The notes under the pieces were generated by a model that had not been told where the DNA came from, did no database searches, and saw nothing but the letters and a program-made list of their open reading frames with translations. DNA of 64,000 bases from positions 69,998,001 through 70,062,000 of the forward strand of contig NC_043004.1 in the NCBI RefSeq assembly GCF_006345805.1, written 5' to 3'. The first letter of the stretch is position 1. Each line of letters starts with the position of its first letter. The position numbers were made by a program, and so were the translations under genes. Below, piece after piece: positions 39,793 through 52,432 of this stretch. This DNA comes from Octopus sinensis. Its lineage: Eukaryota.

Positions 39793-39892
39793 TTCTAGAT
39801 ATATTAGCCACAAGAGAAAAAAAAAACCCACCCAACTTGTTACGGCTGATCTGGGAAAGAGAGTCAGTGAGTGTGTGTGTGGGGGGGGGTGT

Positions 39893-39933
<41 letters not shown>

Positions 39934-41920
39934 TTCTATTGCTTGATTATTATTTTATTTATAAACCATCATCAAATTTATTGCATTTCAGAATGTTACT
40001 TTACCAAGGGTAACATACTGAGATGCAGCAAAGTTGATGATGGTTTATGTCAATAATAATTAGTCAATAGGAAAATTAGTGGAAGACTGCGATAAGCTTA
40101 GTTGTGACAAGGAAAGATAAATAATTTAAATTGTTTCATTGTTATATAATGTATATATATACAACAGATAGCAACAAGGAGTATAACAAAGGATTGTAAC
40201 ATAGCGTATACGCCATGCCTGCATCGACACACACAGCACTAGAATATTATAATTTATGAATGAATGGCAGGTGTGGCTGTGTGGTAAGAAGTTTGTTTCC
40301 CAACCACATGGTTCCGTGTTCAGTTCCACTGCGTGACACCTTGGGCATGCCTTCTACTATAGTCTCAGGCCAACCAAAGCCTTGTGAGCGGATTTGGTTG
40401 ACAGAAACCTGTTGTCATGAGTGTGTGTCTATCTGTGTTTATTCCCCACCACTGCTTGGCAACCGGTGTTGGTTCCCTTAACCTAGCAGTTTAGCAAAAC
40501 AAGCCGATAGAATATGTACTGGGCTTTGAAAAAAGACGATAGGTCCAACGAATGAAACAAGTAACAGATAAATAAACCTAGCTTAACTGTGAAGCAAGGA
40601 GGAGGTCTGCTACACGATCTTCGACATGCTAGAAATAGCAGCCAAATCTCCCTCAAATCACTCCCTATTATATAGATACCGATACTAGGCTTAAATAACT
40701 CCTGGGATCGATTTGCTCGACCAAGGGCAGTGCTCCAGCATGGACGCAGTCAAATGACTGAAACAAGTAAAAGAGTATATCACGACGGGCTTCCACATAG
40801 TTTCCATCTACCAAATTCACTCACTGTTTGGCCCACGGTTATAAGAAGAGCGCAGTGGGAGTGAACCCGAAGCCATGTGGTTGCAATCCGAGCTTGTTAA
40901 CCACACAGGACTAACAGCGCCTACAAAATATACGCACTCGAAATGTTGGCAGAGAAGATAAACCTCGAAGCTAGTTTTTTAAAATTTATTTATTTATTTA
41001 TTCTTCATAATCGAATCCTCAATAATGAGATGGGGAGGGGGAAGAAGTTAAACATAGTCAGAGATAATGACAACAATACAGTGAGATTAATTAGTAACTA
41101 GCAACACGACTGGACTACAAACAACATCGGTTAGTTACTTGTTGCTAATATACACATAAACTGACACATCAACAACCGCTTGAGAACTGACGGTTGGTGT
41201 CAAATAAAAGGACCTACGTGTGTGTCACATGTGTATATGTGTGTGTGACCGTGTTTATATAAGCACATATGTGTGTGTATATATATTTTTATGAAACACC
41301 CATGTCTTGGGCCCTTGTGGCCAATAAAAGAAATCATCATTATTATTATAATTATTATTCTGCCGAGGTGAACTTTGCTTTTCATCCTTTCGGCGTCGAT
41401 AAATTAAGTACCAGTGAGACACTGGGGTCGATATAATCGACTAGTCCCCTCCCCCAAAATTTCAGGCCTTGTGTCTATAGTAGAAAGGATTATTATAATT
41501 ATAATTACTGTTAATCGGCAGAGAGTGACTCAAGGGTCGAGAGTACCGTATGCGTTTATACTTTTACAAGAAGAATGGTGATAGAGACTCCGAACGTTTC
41601 GGCCTATCAAGGCTAGCAGGCCGAAACTTCGATGTCACTATCACCACTCTTCTAGGAAGAGTATTTACTGTCATCCGACAGTAAATCAAAATTACATAAA
41701 TACTTTATATTCAATTTTATTTATTCATTCATTCCAGTTATGAATGTTTCATAATTGAATGCTGTCAGTTAAAATTCACCGGGGTTTTTTTTTTTTTCAA
41801 ATTTGTCTATTTACTAACGAAATCTCATATAAAATAATTTTTTTGTTTTAATCTTGGAATTAAATGGTTCTGATTTACTGTAAGGTGACTTTTGGCCAAC
41901 CCAGTATGTGTATGTATATG

Positions 41921-41952
<32 letters not shown>

Positions 41953-42348
41953 ATATATTATATATATATATATATATTCAAATAAATATGGTCTGTGACG
42001 CTGGAAGGCTTCATCAGGCCCAGTCAGATCTGGCAGTGTTTCTACGGCTGGATGTCCTTCCTAACGCCAACCACTCCGTGAGTGTAGTGGGTGCTTTTTA
42101 CGTGCCACCCGCACAGGTGCCAGACAGAGCTGGCAAACGGCCACGAACGGATGGTGCTTTTACGTGCCACCGGCACGGGGGCCAGGCGAGGCTGGCAACG
42201 GACACGAACGGATGGTGCTTTTACGTGCCATCGACACGGGGGCCAGACAGAGCTGGCAAGGAAAGATAAATAATTTAAATTGTTTCATTGTTATATATGC
42301 ACCAGAATTTTGTATGGTGTTACCCATATAAATCCATGGGGAGAGAGG

Positions 42349-42380
<32 letters not shown>

Positions 42381-42589
42381 TTATATAATAAAAAGTTTTT
42401 AATGGTACAACAATGCACTATAATACAGACAATGGGTTATATACTTGTAATTTAGTCATCCAAAGTCTGATATGACTAAATTACAACAGGTATACACAGC
42501 CCATTGTCTCTAATATAGTGCATTGTTGTACCATTCAAAACTTTTTATTCTTTACAAACAGTACACAATGCTTCAAGCGAACTACAATA

Positions 42590-42627
<38 letters not shown>

Positions 42628-43411
42628 CATATAAAAGAGTTATTAGCGAGGGATTAGCTTTCTGTTACTACACAAGGCTAACAATATTGTTTAGATTAGT
42701 GAAGAACTTCGCGTATATTTGTGGCAGGGTCCGAGATAATAGTTCATCACCATTCTATACTGTAAATGCAAGGTTATGTTCCAGCTATACATGCCTCATC
42801 ATATATACATACGTAGATACACACAAACGAGTGGACAAACGAGAGATGTGTTTAACACGTTATTAAGGAGTTACGTATTATTTAACACAGTTTGATTCGA
42901 TCTCATGTACTTTAATGTTTCTTAGGCTTCCTAAAGAAACCCAGCTCGTAGGGTTCAGCAATAGATCCTATGTATGTATGTATATGCTTGTGTGTGTTGT
43001 AGTAAGTGACTGTACTGCGTCACATATCAGTGCTGATCAAACGGGCCTAGGAGCAGAAGTTTTCCAGCTTATAACCATCACGATTCTTATTAGCACATAC
43101 ATAGTTCAAGGACAATATTGTCTTACCCAAAAAATATTTGCAAAAACTCCCGCCCTCTCCTTTATATTAATGAAACACCAAAATCAGAGTTTGCATCATC
43201 CATAAACTTCTTTCTTCGTTATGGTATTATGTTGGTATTATCTTTCAGTATGTCGGTAATGGCTCGCTTGGGGTTCGTGAAATTAATGTCCCCGATATTT
43301 TTCCCCTGCATTTACTTTTATTTTATGTCGTTCGGTGAATGAACTGCCTTCATTTGTGCATGTTACTGCGGTATGTAACGGAGGTTTCTCTGGGACTTCG
43401 GACAGAAAGAT

Positions 43412-43462
<51 letters not shown>

Positions 43463-45852
43463 TACATGTGAACCAAGGAGATGAGAGAGAACCTCTACCT
43501 AGTTACTCGAAACAGCAACCCGATCTCATTCAAATCGCACACTCTAGAGGAGAAGGGTACATTAGATAATGTAGTTCTCGATACATCATATCCTTGAAAA
43601 AAAAAATCAACAAGACAAGTACAGTCGCAGTTGGAACACATTTGATTGTATATCTGTAGGATCAGTATTGGCCAAGGGTTAAACAGCACCACCATACGAT
43701 AGTAAAAAATGAAAGGATGAGATGAGGTGGGATGGACCGGATGAGAAATCGCTTGCTCGTGTTACTTATTATTCCAGCCCCAACCCAGCCTCGCCCAATA
43801 TGTCAACTAATAAATGGTCGGTCGCCTAAACGGATGATATTTTTGGATGGGGAGAAGAGAGATGGAGAGGAAAAACGAGTGAGACGGAAGGAAATTACGA
43901 TAAATAACATCGTGGGGAAGCTGCTGCGGCTCGCGGGACTTTCTGAATAGCACACCTAACGAAAAATTACCTAGAATGTTTTTTAGTAGTGCAGCAGCCC
44001 ACCTCATGATGAGACGTGTCTCACGCGGCCCGTTTCTCGAAAGAGGTTGCCCACGCCTCATATATAACACTGAACGAAAGAAGGACGTGCCTCTTGCTAG
44101 ACATAGCAGCCAAACCTCCTTCCTATCAAATTGCCCAGGGGCAATTTCAAAATTTAAAAAAGAGAAAACCGCATTTGACAATGTTGAAATACAAATGATT
44201 TTTTTAAAAAATTCATCTGAAGTAAAAAGAAAAATGATTCTATGCCAAATATCTTATTTAGACCCAATGAGAAAGATGTGACAGTATGTTGGCTTTGCTT
44301 TCATGGGTTTCCGTAGAAATAAAGCTATTGATTAGCTATTGTATATTTTAGGAATAACCTGGGAATCATAAATAAGAAGCAGAGAAACAAAATGGACAAG
44401 CAGGTGTGTCCAAACTAGAATTTACTAAACAGTTTTTGTTTTCTCTGTATTTGTAGATGGAATATATTTCATTCAACTTTCTAGACAATGTAGCAAGAGG
44501 TATATTGTTATATACGAAAAGACGGGATAGTCACGGCTGGAATGACTTTGAATACAGATAACTACTCAATCAGGGCTGATACAGAGGTGGGATACAAAAA
44601 AAAAAAAACAACACCAAAAGCCTCTTCGTGGGGCCGTTCGATCTACGAGAATTAGCGAACAATTCTACTCCCAAATCACACCCAATTTACCGTTTTAATA
44701 AACAGTGACAGAAAAATGTAGCTGCATATACTCTGCGTAGAAAGAAACAGAAACGTGATGGTCGCGGTTGGAATACATTTGATCAGAAGTTTGTTCGACC
44801 AGAGCTGATCCAGGGCTTAACTAAACGAAAATGACAAGGTCAAAACAATTTGAGCCGTATTTGGCGTTTTTATGTTGGAACCGTTTGGAACCAACGGATG
44901 TAATAACAAATTTAGAGAAATATATTGTATATCAATTCATTAATTAACCAAGTGATATTAAATGTAATATCGATCGTAAAGATCTACCGATGGAGCCTCA
45001 AGGTAGCTACCGGGAAACTACTAAAAATAGTAATAGCAGCCAAATAGCCCATATATTATTACAAACCACACCTTACCAGTCGTTAAAGAAATGGAAAGAT
45101 ACCTTTGATAATGTAATCTAGAAAGAAAGAAAGAAGAATTAAAAGACAGAATGATCACAGCTGGAAAGCCTTAAAGAGATAAACAACAGCAATATCGATC
45201 GAATGACATTGTCCCAATCTCTGGGTTGGTATTATGGGTTTCCTCGGAATATTCAATTATTGTGTGTCATAATAACAAACATAAGAAGCGAAAATATATA
45301 ATTATATTAATAAATTAAGTGATATTTATTATAAAATCGATCGAATTATAATTAGAAAAGCGAAATGTCTGTTTTGATGTTTAGCCCGAGGTCAGTCGTG
45401 ACACATTAGACAAATCCTATGATCAGCAAAAGCGTTCCACGATATGATCATCCCGTTGTGGTATTTTAAAATCTCTTTTTTCCATTTTAGTTTCAGCCAT
45501 CTAATAAATATTAGATTATACCTTAGAGTCATACATATTTCACCTGGACAGCCTTACATAATTTTGAAGTAAACCAAACTACTATTCAATAGCATATCGG
45601 GCAACCTGTTGGCTAGGTTTTCTCTTTTCAAAGAGATGGATGGATGGATGTGAGTGTGTGTATGCATGCATGCATGTATGTATATGTTTTGGCGAAGCAA
45701 ATAGGGGAAAAAAGAACTCAAAACATTAGTATATATGTATTTGTTGCTAATATATGAGAGAAGTATCGGTGACTCAAGGGCCGAGGGTTTTGTACTTGCT
45801 ACCGCACGAAACTGCACGCCCTTGAGTTACTCCATTACTTATACCAAACATT

Positions 45853-46225
45853 AATAATATATATATATAGTTAATATCTATAATATATATATATATATAT
45901 AGTTAATATCTATTATATATATATATATATATATATATAGTTAATATCTATAATATATATATATAGTTAATATCTATATATAATATATATATATAGTTAA
46001 TATCTATAATATATATATATATATATATAGTTAATATCTATAATATATATATATATATATATATATAGAATATCTATAATATATATATATATATAGTTAA
46101 TATCTATAATATATATATAATATATATATAGTTAATATCTATAATATATATATATATATATAGTTAATATCTATAATATAATAATATATATATATATATA
46201 TTATATATATATAGTTAAAACCTAT

Positions 46226-46256
<31 letters not shown>

Positions 46257-46518
46257 GTTAATACCTATAATATATATATAATATATATAGTTAATACCTA
46301 TAATATATATATATATATAGTTAATACCTATAATATATATTATATATATAGTTAATACCTATAATATATATATATATATAGTAAAACCTATAATATATAT
46401 ATATATATAGTTAAAACCTATAATATATATATATATATAGTTAAAACCTATAATATATATATATATATATAGTTAAAACCTATAATATATATATATATAT
46501 ATAGTTATTAAAACTATA

Positions 46519-46562
<44 letters not shown>

Positions 46563-46585
46563 ATACCTATAATATAATATATTAT
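45853..46585. repeat. AT-rich minisatellite, core agttaa(t/a)a(t/c)ctataat separated by variable (TA)n, over 20 units
   Basis: Directly visible tandem units. Confidence 0.9.
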
Positions 46586-47068
46586 AAATATTTACATCTA
46601 TGACTGGCTCTCTTGCTATGTATATCATTTGCGTTGTGTGTATGTATGTGTATATATTATATATATATATATATTAAGCAAGTGATACACAATATCGATC
46701 GAATGACATTTAAAAAACCAAAACAATTTTGCCTGGTTATTTTGTAGCCCCAGGTCGATCTTGATGGAACCGACATGGCTTTGATGAAAAGCGTTCCGTT
46801 CCAACCTTAACCATCCCGTCTTATTTATGCATATATCGTGGCTTTCGGGCAACAATGTTATTTAATTTCAATTTCGCGTATCTTATTTTAATTTTTTTTT
46901 ATATATTTTAAGGAGAAATGCTTGTAGTTACATGGTGATCTGGCTGCTATTTCTTGCAGGTAAAGCTACCGTGTAAAGAGAAACTATTGTCTCGCTGGCT
47001 CCGATTCTGTTTGCCGTCAGGTTAGCTTTTTTTTTTTTACACTTTTGAAATAAACAGAAACGCATGTG

Positions 47069-47120
<52 letters not shown>

Positions 47121-47248
47121 AAAAAGAAGCATGTATATGTATATACACACACGTATGTATATTTGTCTGTCTCTCTCTTTCTATACATATATATCCTCAA
47201 ACAGTGTATATATATATATATCTTTATATATATATATATATATCTCTT

Positions 47249-47309
<61 letters not shown>

Positions 47310-47641
47310 TAAGAGGGAGACAGACAAATATACATACGTGTGTGTATATACATATACATGCTTCTTTTTCGGATATCATACATTGACGAAATATATATAG
47401 AGAGAGATAGATAGATAGATAGATAGATAGATATACACACACACAAAGAGAGAGATACACTGGTTATTATATGGTAGGAATATTGAGAGAAACTGAAACA
47501 GTAACAGAAATACATTTTACATTTATCTCTCTTTTATGTACCCGTACCCGACCAAATTTATAAATCTAGATCGATACATATATATATATATATATATAGG
47601 TGTGTATGAATACACGATGGAGTAGTAGAAGACAGCCTTAC

Positions 47642-47673
47642 CGTTTCAAATATCTGGCTTCATCAGCCTGCAT
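47642..47673 (-). CDS. Candidate first coding exon (MQADEARYLKR, phase 2) of an unidentified minus-strand gene; 5' UTR probably extends to about 48100
   Basis: ATG at 47673-47671 and donor AAACG|GTAAGG at 47642/47641. The upstream sequence is non-repetitive and CpG-retaining and is bounded by a (GA)n tract at about 48124. Confidence 0.4.
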
Positions 47674-48110
47674 CTTGGAACATCCTATAAACTCCAAACT
47701 CCAGTCGCCAGCAGCAGCAAATCGTCCAAAATATTGCAAAGACAAAATTCCATGAAAATAAAAAACAAACACAAAAAGATACTAAACGTAGGCTGGTTTC
47801 GCTTTCCTTCTTTCTTTTTTCTTTTTTTTTTGTGGTTGTTATTTGCCTTCGATACTGTTTAAAATTTACACAAATAATAAATATAAATATATATTTATAT
47901 ACAAAATATTGTATCTGTTTTCTTTTCTTTTTTTTTTTTTTTCATGTACAAGAAAATACGAAAGTTATGCTAGAAGAAGCGGCAATTTTAGACATTATAT
48001 CAACCTGAAGAGCTGATACGATAAGAATTACAAGAGGGAGGAAGGGGTGGCTACGAAAAACGATCGGGATGCTTCGGATTTTTCCGTCAAGTTAGTGTAC
48101 TTTTGTATGC

Positions 48111-48164
<54 letters not shown>

Positions 48165-48539
48165 TTAAATATTTGTGTAAACTACATTTGTATATGTAGA
48201 TCGATAATCGGATGTTATCGGTTATTGTATGAATATGTCCGTCTTGTAGAAGTGGCTTTTTTTTGTGTTAGTGTTGATGTTATTATTTTACTATTAATAA
48301 ATGAAGAGTATTTTCCATTTTGTTGTATTTTTCCTTTCTCATTAAACAGAAATGAATGTCAGCTGAAATAACGAATAAATTACTGTATACGAGCGACAAA
48401 ACCTAGCAACAACAAAAGACAAATGTATGTGTGAACGTGTGTGTGTGTGAACGTGTGTGTGTATGTGTGTGCAAGCGCACCTATGTGTGGTCTGCATTCT
48501 CCCCCACATACAGACAGAATTTTGTTAGTAAATGCATAA

Positions 48540-48691
48540 TGGAAAATTTTGTCAGTAAATGCTTAAAGGAGAAGCTGAATAAACAGGGATTTTCAGAAAG
48601 AGAAATAGACCGGCTAATTCGTACATTACAAGTGCAATCTGTAACTGGAACAGTGAAAATATGCAAGACTTTTCTCAAGTTCCAAATATGA
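48540..48691 (+). pseudogene. 3'-terminal fragment of an R4/Dong- or NeSL-like (restriction-like endonuclease) non-LTR retrotransposon ORF
   Basis: ...VSKCLKEKLNKQGFSEREIDRLIRTLQVQSVTGTVKICKTFLKF* fits the C-terminal LQK..LLGT..I.R.FL motif of these clades; 5'-truncated. Confidence 0.55.
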
Positions 48692-48728
48692 ATTTGTTTG
48701 TGTTAACTACATCCCAAAGATGGAGCCT

Positions 48729-49238
48729 GGATCTTTTCTTTTTGAACGGCACTTTCTAACAATTTCTAGGTAACTAAAAAGTTTTAAACTTCGTATACTG
48801 GTAGAATGTGTTTATAAAACATCATTTTCTCTTGGCTTTATTGAGAAAATTCTATAGTTTGTAAGATATTTCGTCTGAAATTTCGAGCATTTCGGCAATT
48901 TTAACCAATCAATTACCTCCATTGATGTAAACAACATTCCGTGCTGTATGAATATGTCCCTCGTTTAAGAAACAGATTGGGTTTATTTACATTTGTAAAT
49001 AAAAAAGGATACCCTTCCCCCACCCCTAACCCTAAATTTAAAATAGATTGAAATACAATAGATCGATACTACGGCCATAATTATGGGTGACATTTTCATT
49101 TGACACCGCTAGAAAAAAATCCCATTTTCCGTAGCAGTGTCGTATGAAATTGTCACCTATAATTATAACCCTAGTATCGATCTATTGCATTTCAATCTAT
49201 TTTAGAGTTAGGGTTAGGGGTGGGGGAAGGGTATCTTT
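48729..49238. mobile_element. Rearranged copy of the same MULE-like family (left TIR plus internal fold-back)
   Basis: Starts ggatcttttctttttgaacggc and shares gtttaagaaacagattgggtttatttacatt and ccctaaccctaa segments with 56310-57282. An older relative lies at about 26797-27100. Confidence 0.7.
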
Positions 49239-49723
49239 ACCTGTCTGTTCATTCCAGTAGACTATGTCCACATACAAAAATAATTAAAAAAAACAAATGG
49301 CCACAGTCGAAATTACTGAAACAAGTAAAAGAGTATACCACTTGTTATATATCAGCTTTGTATATCACTTGTTAAGGTTATCCATACAGATTTTCTCTAG
49401 AAATTATTGCCAGTACTGATTTGTTACGACGTTTTGTATCCGAATACGTCTAATCTAAACAACAAGGCAATCGAAGATGGGGGGAAATGTATAATGGGTA
49501 TATATGTCATACTTCGGGAATTCTTGCTCTTTCATCAGCACTATATCCAACCTCTTAACCATCCATGAACTCATTGCTTAAATAGCTACGAAATATAATG
49601 GTATAACTTTATTGAATATACCAATTTTACATTTTAAACGCATTCCTGAAAGCTGGTACGTACATATTAATTACTTTTAAGGTCACTGTATCCATCTATC
49701 TATCTGTAGCGTACGCTTAGTGA

Positions 49724-49784
<61 letters not shown>

Positions 49785-49785
49785 C

Positions 49786-50412
49786 TGACATATATAACAT
49801 AAATGCGGACGTAGCAGATAACAGCTAGCCTTCGGCCTCTTGGACCCTGTTGTGTCCACTACTCTGATTGGTTGGTATTGGCGCAATTTGTCTCTTGCTC
49901 TATTACGCGCCAATGTGCAACCCAAACAATCGCAGCCTTCTGATAAGGTCCCGTGACACAGTCTTCTAAATCTCCGTTGGAGCTTCCTAGCTCCTATAAA
50001 AGCTAGTTACAACAACCGTATTTTGTCTTTGGTTCTAGACCTTCTAAGGTCTAACCACTGAGCACACAGCCAGTTCCAGCGACAACCAAACCAGCAGCCC
50101 ACATGGAGACTCAACTTCGTCTAGCAGCATTCAGGATCTCCATCTCCGTCGCCTTCTTCTTAACGATGCCAACAACATCTCTACGTACACAGCAACAATT
50201 GCTCAGGTTCAACTCCTCACTGTTTGTGAATTACCTCACTACTTGCGAGATCTTCCTGTATCAAGTAACCGGCTCAGCATATTAGCCACAACTTCTTGTT
50301 ACACCACTTCAACTATTGTGTACCTTACTACGAACTGGTATTTATCTTCATTGTGTCTGAACTTCTAGCGTCCTATTGTAGACTCTTTCAATGCTCTGTA
50401 TTTTATCTCACA
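49786..50412 (+). mobile_element. Possible solo LTR (or DIRS-like repeat)
   Basis: TG...CA bounded, about 625-bp GC-richer block with TATAAA at 49995. No clear TSD or AATAAA, so the call is tentative. Confidence 0.3.
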
Positions 50413-50988
50413 CGCATACACCCTTGTTTGTACACACGTACACATTATGTATGCATGACAGCCTGACTATTATTATTATTATTATTGTTATTATATATGT
50501 ACTTATGTCACATACACAGACACACACATGTTAACACCTAAATAAAACCTTTCTCTTAACATTCTATGGTTGTGTCGTTTCTTTTCCTTCTGGCACTCAT
50601 TCTCATTTATCCTTTTTTCTTTTATTGTAAAGCGACCGTGCGGTGTATTAAAGGAGTCATTCATTCGTCACATCTCCTTTCGCACGGTCGTTCTACATAT
50701 CTATATGTGCACACATAAACACTTCATACATATATGCTTTCTATTTTCCTTATATATAGTAATATTAATATATGCTGGGTACAAAGTCTATGAGCAACGA
50801 GAATCCACTACAACATTGAATGACTATAATTTGTTTACAAGGTTTAGAATATCAATTGTAGTGCGACGTGCAGCTAGTTACACCTTTGATAGACGGTAGT
50901 CATTACGCAATATGTCAATTATATCAGCTCCCTGATGTGACGATGTGTAGAAACAATTGTAGTGATATGGAATAACGAATGTCTTATA

Positions 50989-51597
50989 CAGTAATCCCTC
51001 GACTATCACGGGGGTTACGTTCCAAAGCTCCCCAGCGATAGGTGAAAAACCGCGTAGTAGAAACAGTACTGTACTACTCTTTTACTTGTTTCTGTCATTT
51101 GACTGCGGCCATGCTGGAGCACCACCTTTAATCGAGCAACTCGACCCCGGGACTTATTCTTTGTAAGCCCAGTACTTTTTCTATCGGTCTCTTTTGCCGA
51201 ACCGCTAAGTAACGGGGACATAAACACACCAGCATCGATTGTCAAGCAATGCTAGGGGGAAAACACAGACACACAAACACGCATAATATACACATATATG
51301 ACGGGCTTCTTTCAGTTTCCGTCTACCAAATCCACTCACAAGGCATTAGTCGGTCCGGGTCTATAGCAGAAGACACTTGCCCAAGGTACCGCGCAGTGGG
51401 ACTGAACCCGAAACCATGTGGTTGGTTAGCAAGCTACTTACCACACAGACACTCCTGCGCCTGTATATTTTTTCATTGTTTTTATAATTTGTAAATATTT
51501 ATTTTATTATAAATGCAAAACAACACCACGGAGAAATCGACGTAAGCTTAAATAGTAAACAGCGATAGGCAAACCGCGATATGGCGAGAGACTGCTG
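50989..51597. mobile_element. Tigger/pogo-like MITE interrupted by SINE A
   Basis: TA|cagtaatccctcgac... and ...cgagagactgctg termini with internal repeated gcgatagg...aaccgcg motifs. Confidence 0.65.
51076..51461 (-). mobile_element. SINE family A nested inside a Tigger/pogo-like MITE
   Basis: Full SINE flanked by the two halves of the 50989-51597 element. Confidence 0.9.
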
Positions 51598-51732
51598 TGT
51601 ACTTGTATACTGATGAAAAGCAAGGATTGAAATATCTACAAAAATGCTCCCTTTCCTAGTGATTTGTTTTCTCATAATTTTCAGAAACAGGTATTATTTT
51701 TCTGGAAATTTTCTACAAATACTTTTCAGATA

Positions 51733-52132
51733 GGCGCAGGAGTGGCTGTGTGGTAAGTAGCTTGTTTACCAACCACATGGTTCCAGGTTCAGTCCCACTG
51801 TGTGACACCTTGGGCAAGTGTCTTCTACTATAGCCTCGGGCCGACCAATGCCTTGTGAGTGGATTTGGTAGACGGAAACTGAAAGAAGCCTGTCGTATAT
51901 ATGTATGTGTGTGTGTTTGTATGTCTGTGTTTGTCCCCCTAGCATTGCTTGACAACCGATGCTGGTGTGTTTATGTCCCCGTTACTTAGCGGTTCGGCAA
52001 AAGAGACTGATAGAATAAGTACTGGGCTTACAAAGAATAAGTCCCGGGGTCGATTTGCTCAACTAAAGGCGGTGCTCCAGCATGGCCGCAGTCAAATGAC
52101 TGAAACAAGTAAAAGAGTAAAGAGTAAAAGAG
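51733..52132 (+). mobile_element. SINE family A, full length
   Basis: Near consensus copy. Confidence 0.9.
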
Positions 52133-52432
52133 ATGTTGTAGATTAAGATTATATCGGAATTTGATAATCCCCTTGTCTCTCTTTGTTTGTCCCCTCTATG
52201 TTTAGCTCCCTGTGGGCAATAAAAAAATAAATATGTAAAAAAAAGCACAAAAATACTGGTAGGTGCGCATACATGAATACTGACACACATAAAACTTTCG
52301 TTAGCTATTTTATACAGTTTCTGAGCTCCTTTAATATGTTAAGTTACTTTCGTTTTGTACCATAGATCACCAACCAAGTTAGCCAAGAATATCACCAAGG
52401 AAAAAGCAAAAAATTATAAAACAAAAGTTATA

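Noticed and set aside
43807-44181. 124-aa minus-strand ORF and overlapping plus-strand ORFs
   Set aside because: The frame begins in a family D repeat, has no domain similarity, and the region looks regulatory.
50921-50968. Additional hammerhead (cctgatgtgacgatgtgtagaaacaattgta); similar weak hits at about 16463, 49515 (minus) and 51610
   Set aside because: The core is mutated and/or stems I and II do not pair convincingly; at best these are decayed Penelope remnants.
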